Shown here: positions 40,600 through 49,847 of the stretch, in pieces | Layout: each line of letters opens with the position of its first letter | Numbering within the stretch: position 1 is the stretch's first letter | Origin: a virus | Virus record (IMG/VR): IMGVR_UViG_3300021963_006415 | Span: 28,632-92,631 of that record | Length of the DNA: 64,000 bases | Strand: one strand, 5' to 3' | The notes under the pieces: model-generated | Databases searched by the model: none | What the model was told of the DNA's origin: nothing | The model's input: the letters and a program-made list of their open reading frames with translations, nothing else | Position numbers and translations under genes: made by a program

Positions 40600-41861
40600 T
40601 ATGATTTACTTAAAAAGTTTTTAGCAGATAGTAGTGTTTTTAACTTCGATTTAATTGAAGTAAATTGTGCTACGTTTGTAGGTCCAACCGATGAAGGTCC
40701 GGCTGGTGTTAAGTATTGTTGCTTTGTTATAGCATCAATCAGTTCACCCATAATTTTAACCAATTCGCCACCCATTACCATTTTTTGTACTGCAGCTCCT
40801 GCATCTCCCTCACCACTATTCTTTCCCAAATATATTTTACCGTTATCTGAATTTAAGAATATTTGATTAGAACCTTCGGAATGAATTGTTATGTTTTTCT
40901 TATTATGAAAATATATTTCCTTTTCAGCATCAATAGAAAAATTACCATCGGTTATTATGCCGGTGTTTCCTTTACCAAACATAATAAATTCTTTTGCTTT
41001 AGCTGATAAAACTATTCTATCTGAATTAACAAATAGTTGGTCTCCTTTAAAATCAGATGAAGATGGATATTCTTTAAATCCTTTCTTTTCTTTTTTTATT
41101 TCCTCTTTAAATGGAACTTTAACTTTGTTAGATACAATGTATATAGATGTACCATCTTTATTAATATCTTCTTCTACTAACTCACCAATTTTTTTATCAT
41201 CTAATTCTGGGTTTTGTTTGTTACGAATGAATATTGATGGAGATGATGTTTTACCATCTTCAGTTAAATGAAACTCACTAAAACGAATTGTGTTACCAAC
41301 TCTACCACTTATAATGGTATCGCCTTCTTTTGGATTTAAAAATTTAATTTTTTCGTTTACTTTATATTTTTTAGAATCCGATTTAGTTTGTGTTGGTTTT
41401 TGATTTGGCGTTCCAGTTGCTTTTGTTTCTTGGTAATTTTTGTTTTTAGATTCAGTAGTATTTTTTGATATCTCTTTTTCTTTACCTATTTGAGATGTTT
41501 TGTAATCCTCTCTATAATTTGGATAATGTGTATTAGAGTATGGAAGCCAATAGAAATCTTTACCAATTTCAAGTATTAAAACAGTCTCTCCTAATATTGG
41601 GTAAGTTATATTATTTTTATCAAATGGAAAAGCGTATCCTTCATTGATAATAGCAGATTCTCTTGCAAATTCAATAGCACCTAAAAAGCGAATATCATTA
41701 GAATCAAAGTTTTTGTTATCATTATATACTTTTATATAATCCTTCTCTTTATCTAATTCTTTATCCGATTTAAGATATACTTTGGTTACTACTGCTAAGT
41801 ATGCTTCAATAGCAGATGATGTACCGCCTTCATTACTATTTAGATTTGTTCCTGTTGGCAT
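40599..41861 (-). CDS. Baseplate central spike-like protein (gp5/gpV-like)
   Basis: YPILGETVLI (OB-like), EGDTIISGRVGNTIRF, NSDRIVLSAK, beta-helix repeats, VMGGEL. Confidence 0.6.
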   Translation of the reverse strand: MPTGTNLNSNEGGTSSAIEAYLAVVTKVYLKSDKELDKEKDYIKVYNDNKNFDSNDIRFLGAIEFARESAIINEGYAFPFDKNNITYPILGETVLILEIGKDFYWLPYSNTHYPNYREDYKTSQIGKEKEISKNTTESKNKNYQETKATGTPNQKPTQTKSDSKKYKVNEKIKFLNPKEGDTIISGRVGNTIRFSEFHLTEDGKTSSPSIFIRNKQNPELDDKKIGELVEEDINKDGTSIYIVSNKVKVPFKEEIKKEKKGFKEYPSSSDFKGDQLFVNSDRIVLSAKAKEFIMFGKGNTGIITDGNFSIDAEKEIYFHNKKNITIHSEGSNQIFLNSDNGKIYLGKNSGEGDAGAAVQKMVMGGELVKIMGELIDAITKQQYLTPAGPSSVGPTNVAQFTSIKSKLKTLLSAKNFLSKS

Positions 41862-41862
41862 T

Positions 41863-42267
41863 TTACATTTTGGATTTTAATTCGTCTAATTCTAATTTAA
41901 TATCATCCAATTTTTCTTCATTCTTTTTTTCTACTTCATTTATAGTTTCCTCCATATCTTGTAGTAGTTGAGCTTTTTCAGTTTCACTTAACCAACCATC
42001 TTCACCAATTCCTTTTGCTTCTGCAGCTGCTAACCTTTGTGCAATTGTTGCGAGTTTAATTAAGTGGTCATCATTTTTAACTGATACCTCTATAAGGTCT
42101 TTTATAATTGGAGCAATAACCGTTGCTTCACCAACATTTTTAATTAATTTACGAAGTGATTCAATCAAATCGGAAATGTTTTTCTTTTTGTTTTGTTGGT
42201 TTTCGTATATATCTTTAAACAATGATGATAGGTTTTTCCCATCAAACAATTGGAATTCTGATGCCAT
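41863..42267 (-). CDS. Hypothetical helical protein
   Basis: 134-aa ORF. Confidence 0.55.
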   Translation of the reverse strand: MASEFQLFDGKNLSSLFKDIYENQQNKKKNISDLIESLRKLIKNVGEATVIAPIIKDLIEVSVKNDDHLIKLATIAQRLAAAEAKGIGEDGWLSETEKAQLLQDMEETINEVEKKNEEKLDDIKLELDELKSKM

Positions 42268-42291
42268 AATTCGTATTTTATCTACTAATAA

Positions 42292-43989
42292 TTATTTACT
42301 TATCAAATAATTACCCAATACCAAATAATCCATATCCGAATTTAGAAATGTCCATATGGCTTTTTGTGGGTCATTAGTCATTGTATGTCCTCTTAAATTA
42401 AAGGATGTATTTAATAGTATTGGTGTACCACTAACTTTCTTAAATTCTTTTAACAAAGTGTGATATAGTTTATTTTGTTTTTTAGTAACAGTGTGTATTC
42501 TAGCGGATTTATCAACGTGTGTTACCGATGGAATTGATTTATAATTGGTAACTTTAACAACCTGATTCATATACGGAACTTCTCCTTCCGATGTAAAGTA
42601 TTTTGTGTATTCTTCTACTACAACCGATGGTGCAAATGGTCTAAATAGTTCTCTCTTTTTAACAACTCTATTTATCCTATCTCTAACATCTGGCAAATGT
42701 GGATTTGCTAATATAGAACGATTTCCTAATGCTCTTGCACCAAATTCGGTTCTACCCTGAAACCAGCCTACTACTGCTCCATCGTTTATTAATTTTGCAA
42801 CTTCTTTACACAACATCGTTACTTCATCATAAAACATTGCTTTATGTGTAACTTCTTCTTTGACAATTATATTTGTCAGTTGTTGATTAGTCCATTCTGG
42901 TCCTAAATACGGAGATTGATTATCTCCACCTTTTACTTTTGGGTTTCCTAATATATTATGCCAATGATATAAACATGCTCCAATAGCAGAACCAGCATCT
43001 GATGGTGCGAATGGAATCCATAAATTACCAACCGGTGCATGCTTTTGTATTTTACCATTAGCAGTTCCATTGTATGCAGAACCTCCACCCAATACTAAGT
43101 TAGATGTATTAGATTGTTGCATACAATTATTTGTAAAATAATAAAAACAACTCTCATACCATTTTTGTAATGCGGCTGCTAAATCCATATGGTGTTGCTC
43201 TATTTTCGATTCTGGCTCTCTTGGTTCTATTCCTATAAGATTTACTAATTTGTATGTGTACATATCAGTATTTGAATATTGCCAAGTAAAATACTTTTGC
43301 TCAATTTCTATACTACCACGAGCATCAAATTTTGAAATCTTATCAAATACGTGCTTATATTTTGTTGGGTCACCATATGGTGCTAATCCCATTACTTTAT
43401 ATTCTCCGTTGTTTGGTTTGAATCCTAAATATGCGGTTATGGTTGAATAAACCAATCCCAATGAGTTTGGAAATTTAAGAGATGCAATTTCTTCAAATGT
43501 ATTATTCTTACACATTACCGCTAATGCACTCTCCCACTCACCAACACCATCTACTGAAATACCAACACAATTATCAAATGGAGACGTGTAATATGAAAAA
43601 GCTAAATGAGAATGATGGTGTTTTATATATTCTATTTTGCCTGTAAAATTTAATTTTTTGGCCAAATATACGTTTAAATTACCTTCAGTTTCTTCAAATT
43701 CTTTTTTAAATTGTTTCCAAATTTTACGATTTTTCCACCAACGTTTTCCTACGGTGTTTTTTACTCTATCGTATTTTAAGATTGGGTCCTCATACCAACA
43801 AATGGTATCTATATCGGATATTGTTTTTTTAGAATAATCTAATACCCACTTAATTGCTTGCTTTGGAAATGAATTATCGTGTTTTATGCCAGATAATTTT
43901 TCTTCTTCAATAGCCGCTATCACTTTTCCGTTTTCAAATAAACAAACTGCTGAATCGTGATAAAATGCGGAAATGCCTAATGAAACCAT
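42292..43989 (-). CDS. Carbamoyltransferase (CmcH/NodU family)
   Basis: LGISAFYHDSA, HHHSH, DGVGE, GEYKVMGLAPYG, EFGARALGNRSIL, RPFAP, LLNTSFN. Confidence 0.95.
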   Translation of the reverse strand: MVSLGISAFYHDSAVCLFENGKVIAAIEEEKLSGIKHDNSFPKQAIKWVLDYSKKTISDIDTICWYEDPILKYDRVKNTVGKRWWKNRKIWKQFKKEFEETEGNLNVYLAKKLNFTGKIEYIKHHHSHLAFSYYTSPFDNCVGISVDGVGEWESALAVMCKNNTFEEIASLKFPNSLGLVYSTITAYLGFKPNNGEYKVMGLAPYGDPTKYKHVFDKISKFDARGSIEIEQKYFTWQYSNTDMYTYKLVNLIGIEPREPESKIEQHHMDLAAALQKWYESCFYYFTNNCMQQSNTSNLVLGGGSAYNGTANGKIQKHAPVGNLWIPFAPSDAGSAIGACLYHWHNILGNPKVKGGDNQSPYLGPEWTNQQLTNIIVKEEVTHKAMFYDEVTMLCKEVAKLINDGAVVGWFQGRTEFGARALGNRSILANPHLPDVRDRINRVVKKRELFRPFAPSVVVEEYTKYFTSEGEVPYMNQVVKVTNYKSIPSVTHVDKSARIHTVTKKQNKLYHTLLKEFKKVSGTPILLNTSFNLRGHTMTNDPQKAIWTFLNSDMDYLVLGNYLISK

Positions 43990-43993
43990 AATT

Positions 43994-44683
43994 TTAGATT
44001 TTTATATCACCTTCTCTATCAAACTCATTATAAAGTGCCATCTGCTTTTCTTTCATTTTGTTGACAACTTTAGTTATATAATGAGTAGGGTAGCCTGTCA
44101 TTTCTCTAATAAGTAGATAAAGTGATTTTTTATTGAAACTTTCTATATAATTTGCTCTTCTGAATAATTCTAATACTGCATCGGCTATTTGTATATCTCT
44201 TTTCTTTTGAAAGAAATTTTCTAAATGAACATCCCAGTATTGTAGCATTCTATCATTAAATGTTCTATGCTCATCGTTACGAACTTCTTCTGTCCAATTG
44301 TTTTCAGTATCCCAATTTTCAGGCAAAGATGACATTACATCGGTATCTTTGTATCTTTTGTAATTTGAATTGTTATTTAGAATAAGATAGTTTCTGGCAA
44401 CAATAGTAAAGTAAGAGAATGCTTTTCCCTTACCCTCTTGGTACATATGAATCTTCTCAATCATAAAGGCAACTACCTCTGCCATTACGTCTTGTGGGTC
44501 ATCATCAAAGTATGTAAACTTCCATTTATTGTAAACAATTTCAGCCAGCTTTTCAAATGAATGCTGAATTCTATCTTTGTATAATCTATTTTTTATACGT
44601 TGGTCATCGGTTTTATTATATTCGATGATAGCATCTTCTGTGTCTTTTGTGAAATAATCTCTGGGTACTCTTTTTCTAGGCAT
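43994..44683 (-). CDS. Phage sigma-factor-like protein (region 2, gp55-like)
   Basis: YFTKDTEDAIIEYN...KIHMYQEGKGKAFSYFTIVARNYLI; C-terminal HTH-like segment. Confidence 0.6.
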   Translation of the reverse strand: MPRKRVPRDYFTKDTEDAIIEYNKTDDQRIKNRLYKDRIQHSFEKLAEIVYNKWKFTYFDDDPQDVMAEVVAFMIEKIHMYQEGKGKAFSYFTIVARNYLILNNNSNYKRYKDTDVMSSLPENWDTENNWTEEVRNDEHRTFNDRMLQYWDVHLENFFQKKRDIQIADAVLELFRRANYIESFNKKSLYLLIREMTGYPTHYITKVVNKMKEKQMALYNEFDREGDIKI

Positions 44684-44686
44684 TTT

Positions 44687-44926
44687 TTAGAATTGTTTGA
44701 ATTGGGTGATGGTATCCTTTATTTGCGTAAACAAAGAACCTACTTCATCATCCTTCTCAAACATTTGCTTAGAATCTATTCTACGCAAAGTCTCCAGTAA
44801 TGTTTGGTTATTTAATTCTTGCTGGTCTATAAAATCTTCATATCTTTCTACTTTAGATAATAGGTTATATACCGCATATACTAAAGCGATTAACATAAAG
44901 ACTAATATTAAAATTACATATTCCAT
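44687..44926 (-). CDS. Small membrane-anchored protein
   Basis: N-terminal hydrophobic helix. Confidence 0.6.
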   Translation of the reverse strand: MEYVILILVFMLIALVYAVYNLLSKVERYEDFIDQQELNNQTLLETLRRIDSKQMFEKDDEVGSLFTQIKDTITQFKQF

Positions 44927-44927
44927 A

Positions 44928-45566
44928 TTATACTACTTCATATCCTTTTAAAAAATAATCGTTTGCTTTTTTGTATTTTACTTCAACTAAATCACCATTA
45001 GGTGCTTTCATAACAATCTTATCATTTCTACCATAAGATTGTTTTTTAACTATTGTAGTTGAATATACTCTATCTTTAATTGTAATCCCATCTAAATGGT
45101 CAATCTCATGTTGAACTACAACTGTTTTCATTGTATCTTCTGAAACTTGCCCTTCTAATTTTCTATCTTCTTCTGGGTTGATTTCAAATCTTAATTCACC
45201 TAAATTATCAGTTTGTACAACAACGTATGTTGAACGTATGGTTCTAACGGGTTTACGAATAGTATCTGGTATCGATAAACATCCTTCGTAGAATATAAAT
45301 CCTTCATTAGAACGTTCTGTAATAACAGGGTTTAAAAGAAATAGTTCGACATCATTAAATTTAATGACACATGCTCTTTTATTTACACCGATTTGATTTG
45401 CGGATAATCCTACACCACCCATACCTTTAAGTGCTGCAAATAGTGTGTCTCTTAGTACATCAACTTCTAATTGACTTAATTCGGATTTAGGTACTACATT
45501 TTTTAGATATTTTACAAAATCCGGATTTGGCATTCCAGTTTGTTTTTTATCAACGATTAATTTCAT
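44928..45566 (-). CDS. def: Peptide deformylase with a Cys-less SEC-C-like C-terminal extension
   Basis: GVGLSANQ, EGCLS, QHEIDHLDG; tail YGRNDK...VKYKKA. Confidence 0.93.
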   Translation of the reverse strand: MKLIVDKKQTGMPNPDFVKYLKNVVPKSELSQLEVDVLRDTLFAALKGMGGVGLSANQIGVNKRACVIKFNDVELFLLNPVITERSNEGFIFYEGCLSIPDTIRKPVRTIRSTYVVVQTDNLGELRFEINPEEDRKLEGQVSEDTMKTVVVQHEIDHLDGITIKDRVYSTTIVKKQSYGRNDKIVMKAPNGDLVEVKYKKANDYFLKGYEVV

Positions 45567-45571
45567 AATAT

Positions 45572-45682
45572 TTAATTTGTTATTAAAATAATTCCCAATG
45601 TTATTATTAATCCAATAATAGCATAAAAGGATACATCTTGTGAGAATTTAATTTGTTCTGGTCTTTTACCTTGATTTTCCAT
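45572..45682 (-). CDS. 36-aa membrane peptide
   Basis: Manual translation MENQGKRPEQIKFSQDVSFYAIIGLIITLGIILITN; fills the intergenic gap. Confidence 0.55.
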   Translation of the reverse strand: MENQGKRPEQIKFSQDVSFYAIIGLIITLGIILITN

Positions 45683-45683
45683 T

Positions 45684-45896
45684 TTATTTTTGCTTTTTTA
45701 ATCCGTATTTTATATATTGATACCAAACTCTTTCATGTAAAAAATAAATAATCGGTTTAAATAATAATTCACCAACTCCAACCATACCTGCCCACTTTAA
45801 TGGTAATCCGGCGGATAATGTTAGTGCAATCGTTGTAAGTGTACCAACAAATCTGTAACTAATACTTTTAGCTATGTGTCGCTTTACCTGTGGCAT
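45684..45896 (-). CDS. DUF2061-like membrane protein
   Basis: RHIAKSISYR...YFLHERVW. Confidence 0.8.
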   Translation of the reverse strand: MPQVKRHIAKSISYRFVGTLTTIALTLSAGLPLKWAGMVGVGELLFKPIIYFLHERVWYQYIKYGLKKQK

Positions 45897-46233
45897 CTAT
45901 TTCTCCTTTTCTAATTTTAGTTCCGCTAATTTCTGCAATTTCTGTTGGTGGTTCGTGGTATATAACTTCATATCCAACACCTCTACCATAGTTTACACTT
46001 TCGATATCTGGAATAATTGATACAAATAGTTTATCCCAATTGTTTTGAAAAAATGTTTCGTTTTGTAACATAGTTAAAACTTCATGAGCTGATTTGGGGT
46101 TGTTCTCATCTTTTGGAACATCTCTAATTGCAACCCATACATTTTTTCCTTTATCCATTTGCTGGCGGATTAACCATTCATGTCCTTTATGCCAGTTCTG
46201 CCAACGGCCTATGAACAATGCGTACTTTTTCAT
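45868..46233 (-). CDS. Cytidyltransferase-like (HIGH) nucleotidyltransferase
   Basis: IGRWQNWHKGH, YGRGVGY, ISGTKIR. Confidence 0.8.
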   Translation of the reverse strand: MKKYALFIGRWQNWHKGHEWLIRQQMDKGKNVWVAIRDVPKDENNPKSAHEVLTMLQNETFFQNNWDKLFVSIIPDIESVNYGRGVGYEVIYHEPPTEIAEISGTKIRKGEIDATGKATHS

Positions 46234-47131
46234 TTATATTTTTTTTTAAATAGGGTAATATGGCTAACTCTTTACCTTTAGCTTCTACCATAACATCGAT
46301 ATCTAATCCGTATGTATTTGGTAGTTTGTTAATGTATAATGAGTGAGCCTGTGGTTTTTCTTTTGGATTATTTTCGTGTAATGCTTTTGATTCCGAATAA
46401 TGAACTTCTTGTCTAATATCTTTAGGCCAAGTTGTAGCTGCTAACTTTAATGCTTGTTCTTCCGAAAGGTCACCCGTACAAAATTGGTGGTGATGATAGT
46501 CAAATACAATTGGAATGTTTGTTTTTTCGTGTATATACATTAAGTCTTTAACGGAATACATAGAAGCCTTGTCATCGTTTTCAATTGTAAGCCTATTTTG
46601 AACTGATTTGGAGAGTCTTTTGAAATTAGTGATAAATCTATCCATCGCACTCTTTTTATCTCCATAAACACCATTACAATGGATATTAATGTTATTGTAT
46701 GTGGTTTTAGATAATCCCATCATATCAAATATCTTACCATGTAGTTCTAAATCTGCAATTGCGTTAGTTACAACATTTTCATTTGGTGAAGTAAGTACAC
46801 AAAATGGGCCAGGGTGTGAATTTATACGCATTTCCCAAAACTTAGCGAAATCACCTGCTTTTTTGAGTTCTGATTTAATTTGTTTGTAGTCTTTGAGTTG
46901 GGTCAAATCAATATGGTCACCCCAAGGTATAATTGCGGAAGATAAACGGAAGAATTTGATACCATTCAATCGATTCCATTCTAAAATCTTAATAATATCA
47001 CTTGCATTAGCTAATGCCAGTTCGGAAACATAATCCAAACCCTTAGATTGAAAGGTTTTTTTAACCATTGTACGATTTGTAGAAACTTTCTTACCCATCG
47101 TCATATTAATACAAGCGTATCCTAAATTCAT
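46187..47131 (-). CDS. uvsE: UV DNA damage endonuclease
   Basis: LGYACIN, FFRLSS, SHPG, IENDD, FDYHHH, HYSE, EAKGKELA. Confidence 0.93.
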   Translation of the reverse strand: MNLGYACINMTMGKKVSTNRTMVKKTFQSKGLDYVSELALANASDIIKILEWNRLNGIKFFRLSSAIIPWGDHIDLTQLKDYKQIKSELKKAGDFAKFWEMRINSHPGPFCVLTSPNENVVTNAIADLELHGKIFDMMGLSKTTYNNINIHCNGVYGDKKSAMDRFITNFKRLSKSVQNRLTIENDDKASMYSVKDLMYIHEKTNIPIVFDYHHHQFCTGDLSEEQALKLAATTWPKDIRQEVHYSESKALHENNPKEKPQAHSLYINKLPNTYGLDIDVMVEAKGKELAILPYLKKNINEKVRIVHRPLAELA

Positions 47132-47153
47132 ATTTAAAGTTTATTAGTTTTAT

Positions 47154-47185
47154 CAAATATAAACAAAAAATATGAAAAAACCAAA
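47154..47185 (-). promoter_or_regulatory. Bacteroidota-type promoter
   Basis: TTTG-N20-TATATTTG upstream of uvsE. Confidence 0.75.
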
Positions 47186-47189
47186 TAAA

Positions 47190-48314
47190 TTAATATGTTT
47201 TTGTATTTTCTAGTCTCTCTCTTTCCTCTTTAGCGTACTTATCAGCTTCTCTACGTGAACCACCTTTGGTTGAAATCCAATAATTAACTGCTTTTGGATT
47301 ATTAATCCACATTTTTTTATTATTCCAAGGAAATTCGGGATGCATGTATTCTTCCCATTTTAAATCGGGTGTTTCTGATGTGGTTTGTTGGGATTTTTCC
47401 ACATTAACTACGTTTTCTTCCTCTAATGTTGATTTTTTTCCACTATCTTCGATATTTTGTGAAATATTTTCCACTATATCTTCTTTTTTATCGCCATACA
47501 CCTCATATAACCCCAATTTTTCATCATTTTCCATCATTTCTATCAGAGTTTCCTTTTGTTTACGTTTTTTATCGGAAATCAATCCGTTAAAAGCGATAAT
47601 TAAAGCAACCGCAAGTGGGTCAAACACCAAAACTATCAAAAATATGAAAAATTTCACTACTTGAGCCAATTCTACACCGAATGCTTCAGCAACAAATCTG
47701 AATCCACCCACTTCTTTCTCTATATCAATGTTTGCGTTCTTAATTTTGTTGATTTCTTCGTAATTTTTGTTATTTTCTTCAGTTAAAGCGTTGATTTTTG
47801 CCGAAATTGTAGTAATTTCTTTATCTGCATTACGAACCATTTGAGAAAGACGTGATGTTGAGCCATTTCTTTCAACAACTTTGGAAATATTTTGCTCTTG
47901 TGAGTTACGAATGTTTTGTTGATTGGTTAATTGAGTGGTATAACGAGCAATTTCACTCTCATTTTGCTTAATTTTTGTATCAAAAACGGCAATTTCTCTT
48001 TCAATCTGCATCAATTCGATGTTTTGTTGTTGAAAAGCGTTTGAAAGGTAACCAAAAATACCGGCAGATGTGATTAACATAAGAACACCAACGGAAATTG
48101 TTATGTACCATTTGTTAAATCCACTAATTTCATCCCATTTTTGCTTTAAATATGTAGCTGCAACTAACTTTGCCAGTTCTAATGCGGAAGCCATTATCAT
48201 CACCGATAGTGAAGCTCCGGCAAATAGTACACCTAACCCCGTTACGGAGAAGTAAGCCGCACATCCTGCGATAATTAGTGCGGATAGACCCACTAAAATT
48301 TTAAGCCAATTCAT
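47190..48314 (-). CDS. Membrane protein with coiled coil
   Basis: Several N-terminal TM helices, a coiled coil, and TM FDPLAVALIIA. Confidence 0.7.
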   Translation of the reverse strand: MNWLKILVGLSALIIAGCAAYFSVTGLGVLFAGASLSVMIMASALELAKLVAATYLKQKWDEISGFNKWYITISVGVLMLITSAGIFGYLSNAFQQQNIELMQIEREIAVFDTKIKQNESEIARYTTQLTNQQNIRNSQEQNISKVVERNGSTSRLSQMVRNADKEITTISAKINALTEENNKNYEEINKIKNANIDIEKEVGGFRFVAEAFGVELAQVVKFFIFLIVLVFDPLAVALIIAFNGLISDKKRKQKETLIEMMENDEKLGLYEVYGDKKEDIVENISQNIEDSGKKSTLEEENVVNVEKSQQTTSETPDLKWEEYMHPEFPWNNKKMWINNPKAVNYWISTKGGSRREADKYAKEERERLENTKTY

Positions 48315-48490
48315 TATCTTTCTATACTAATGATTTCTGAAATACGTTCAGTAACCGCTTTTGTATCCTTAATAACTCTATCAACCTCCGCTTGAGATAA
48401 TCGCATAGAACCATTCGAAACGTTTTCGATAATTCTAAGTTTAGCGGTTAAAACCTCTAATAAATTTATTACTTTTTCTTTGTAAACCAT
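48314..48490 (-). CDS. Small hypothetical protein
   Basis: Likely start MVYKEKV at 48490; the track's start lies inside the terminator hairpin. Confidence 0.55.
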   Translation of the reverse strand: MVYKEKVINLLEVLTAKLRIIENVSNGSMRLSQAEVDRVIKDTKAVTERISEIISIER

Positions 48491-48510
48491 AATAATAAGT
48501 ATTTTTAAAT

Positions 48511-48542
48511 AAAAAAAGGTGGTAAGCACTTCTTACCACCTT
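48511..48542 (-). terminator. Rho-independent terminator after hsp20
   Basis: AAGGTGGTAAG-aagtg-CTTACCACCTT followed by a T tract. Confidence 0.8.
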
Positions 48543-48543
48543 C

Positions 48544-48575
48544 CAAATATACACAAAAAAATCAAATTAACCAAC
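48544..48575 (-). promoter_or_regulatory. Bacteroidota-type promoter
   Basis: GTTG-N20-TATATTTG. Confidence 0.6.
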
Positions 48576-48965
48576 TTTTATGGAAACTTTTTTGGGTTTA
48601 GATTCTTCTCTTTTATCTACCACCAATGTAAGAATACCATTTTTAAATTCTGCTTTGGCGCTTCTACCATCTAAATCTTTTCCTAATGTAATTCTATCAT
48701 CGATGTTAGCTACTAACTCATCAAATGGAGTTTTTTCATCTTTGGTTTCCCTCTTTGCTTTGATTTCAATCTTATCTTCATAACAATTGATTTCAATGTT
48801 TTTAGGGTCATGTCCTAATACTGATAAAGCTATGTGAGCCTTTTCATCTTTTACATCGACCGCAAATTTAGAAGGAACGAATGTTCTCGAATGTGTTTCC
48901 CAAAGCGGTTTGTTATCCGCTACTAATAATTTCTCAACGAATTTGTCAAAATCTGAATAAAACAT
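48567..48965 (-). CDS. Small heat-shock protein (Hsp20/alpha-crystallin)
   Basis: AVDV...VLGHDPKNIEI...AKAEFKNGILTL...PKKVSIK. Confidence 0.88.
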   Translation of the reverse strand: MFYSDFDKFVEKLLVADNKPLWETHSRTFVPSKFAVDVKDEKAHIALSVLGHDPKNIEINCYEDKIEIKAKRETKDEKTPFDELVANIDDRITLGKDLDGRSAKAEFKNGILTLVVDKREESKPKKVSIKVG

Positions 48966-49004
48966 AATTTATAATTTTTAAGTTAAACAATATACCCTAT
49001 ATGT

Positions 49005-49019
49005 TCAACTTTTATACCA
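49005..49019 (-). promoter_or_regulatory. Sigma54-like -24/-12 promoter upstream of hsp20
   Basis: TGGTATAAAAGTTGA has the spacing of TGGCACGNNNNTTGC; inverted repeats upstream at 49028-49087. Confidence 0.5.
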
Positions 49020-49088
49020 ACCCCTATTTTGTAACAATTTACTGACAAAATTACATTAACTTTGTTACAAATCGGAAAATTAGTCAGA

Positions 49089-49736
49089 TTAGATTTCGTT
49101 ACTTTGAGATTCTATTACTGTAGAGATATGGTCTGCCCAATGCATTATGTAAGGGATTTTATACTTCATCCTTTTACTAATATCAAACACCTTTAGATAT
49201 TTCATATTGTCCTCATCGTATAATCCATCGGTTAGTTTCATACCAAAATATTCTGCTTCTGAAAAGGTTATACTATATTGTTGTAAAACAAATATAGTTC
49301 TATCGGTATGAGTCATATGATGTAATTCAGGATTAGCTGCATATACTTTACCTTGATTCTTAATATGCCAATCTGAAGGATTTGGTATATAGTATGGTTT
49401 ATTTTTTAAACCTAACTTACCTAAGTCGTGATGTAGTGCTACAAATATCAATTCTTCGTCTGTAAAATCTACTTTACCGCCTAACTGAATAAATAATTCT
49501 TTAACTTTAAGTGCGTTTTTACAAACATTGAAAATATGGTCAATGTATCCGCCTGTATAACAATTATGATAACCGGCATTACCACTAGCTGGAGCAATTG
49601 CAAGATTTGGTCCTAACTCTCCTTCTGAATACATATGAAGAAGTTTCTCCAATCTATCACCTGTAAAATATTTTTTGATAATGGCAATAAACCTCTCGTA
49701 ATTGTCTTTCAGTTCTTTTTCTGTCTTTTGTTTCAT
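49089..49736 (-). CDS. HD-domain phosphohydrolase
   Basis: APAS...YHN...GGYIDH...LHHDLGK...HWAD. Confidence 0.85.
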   Translation of the reverse strand: MKQKTEKELKDNYERFIAIIKKYFTGDRLEKLLHMYSEGELGPNLAIAPASGNAGYHNCYTGGYIDHIFNVCKNALKVKELFIQLGGKVDFTDEELIFVALHHDLGKLGLKNKPYYIPNPSDWHIKNQGKVYAANPELHHMTHTDRTIFVLQQYSITFSEAEYFGMKLTDGLYDEDNMKYLKVFDISKRMKYKIPYIMHWADHISTVIESQSNEI

Positions 49737-49815
49737 ATTCTATTTTTTAAGTTTTATTTTTAATCTTTTAGTGCTTATGTACTGTCTGCTTTAAAGTAAT
49801 AATAAAAAGATACCT

Positions 49816-49847
49816 CAAATATACAAAAATTTTTTCAAATTTCCAAA
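49816..49847 (-). promoter_or_regulatory. Bacteroidota-type promoter
   Basis: TTTG-N20-TATATTTG. Confidence 0.75.

Noticed and set aside
48965-49088. CIRCE element upstream of hsp20
   Set aside because: No TTAGCACTC-N9-GAGTGCTAA match.
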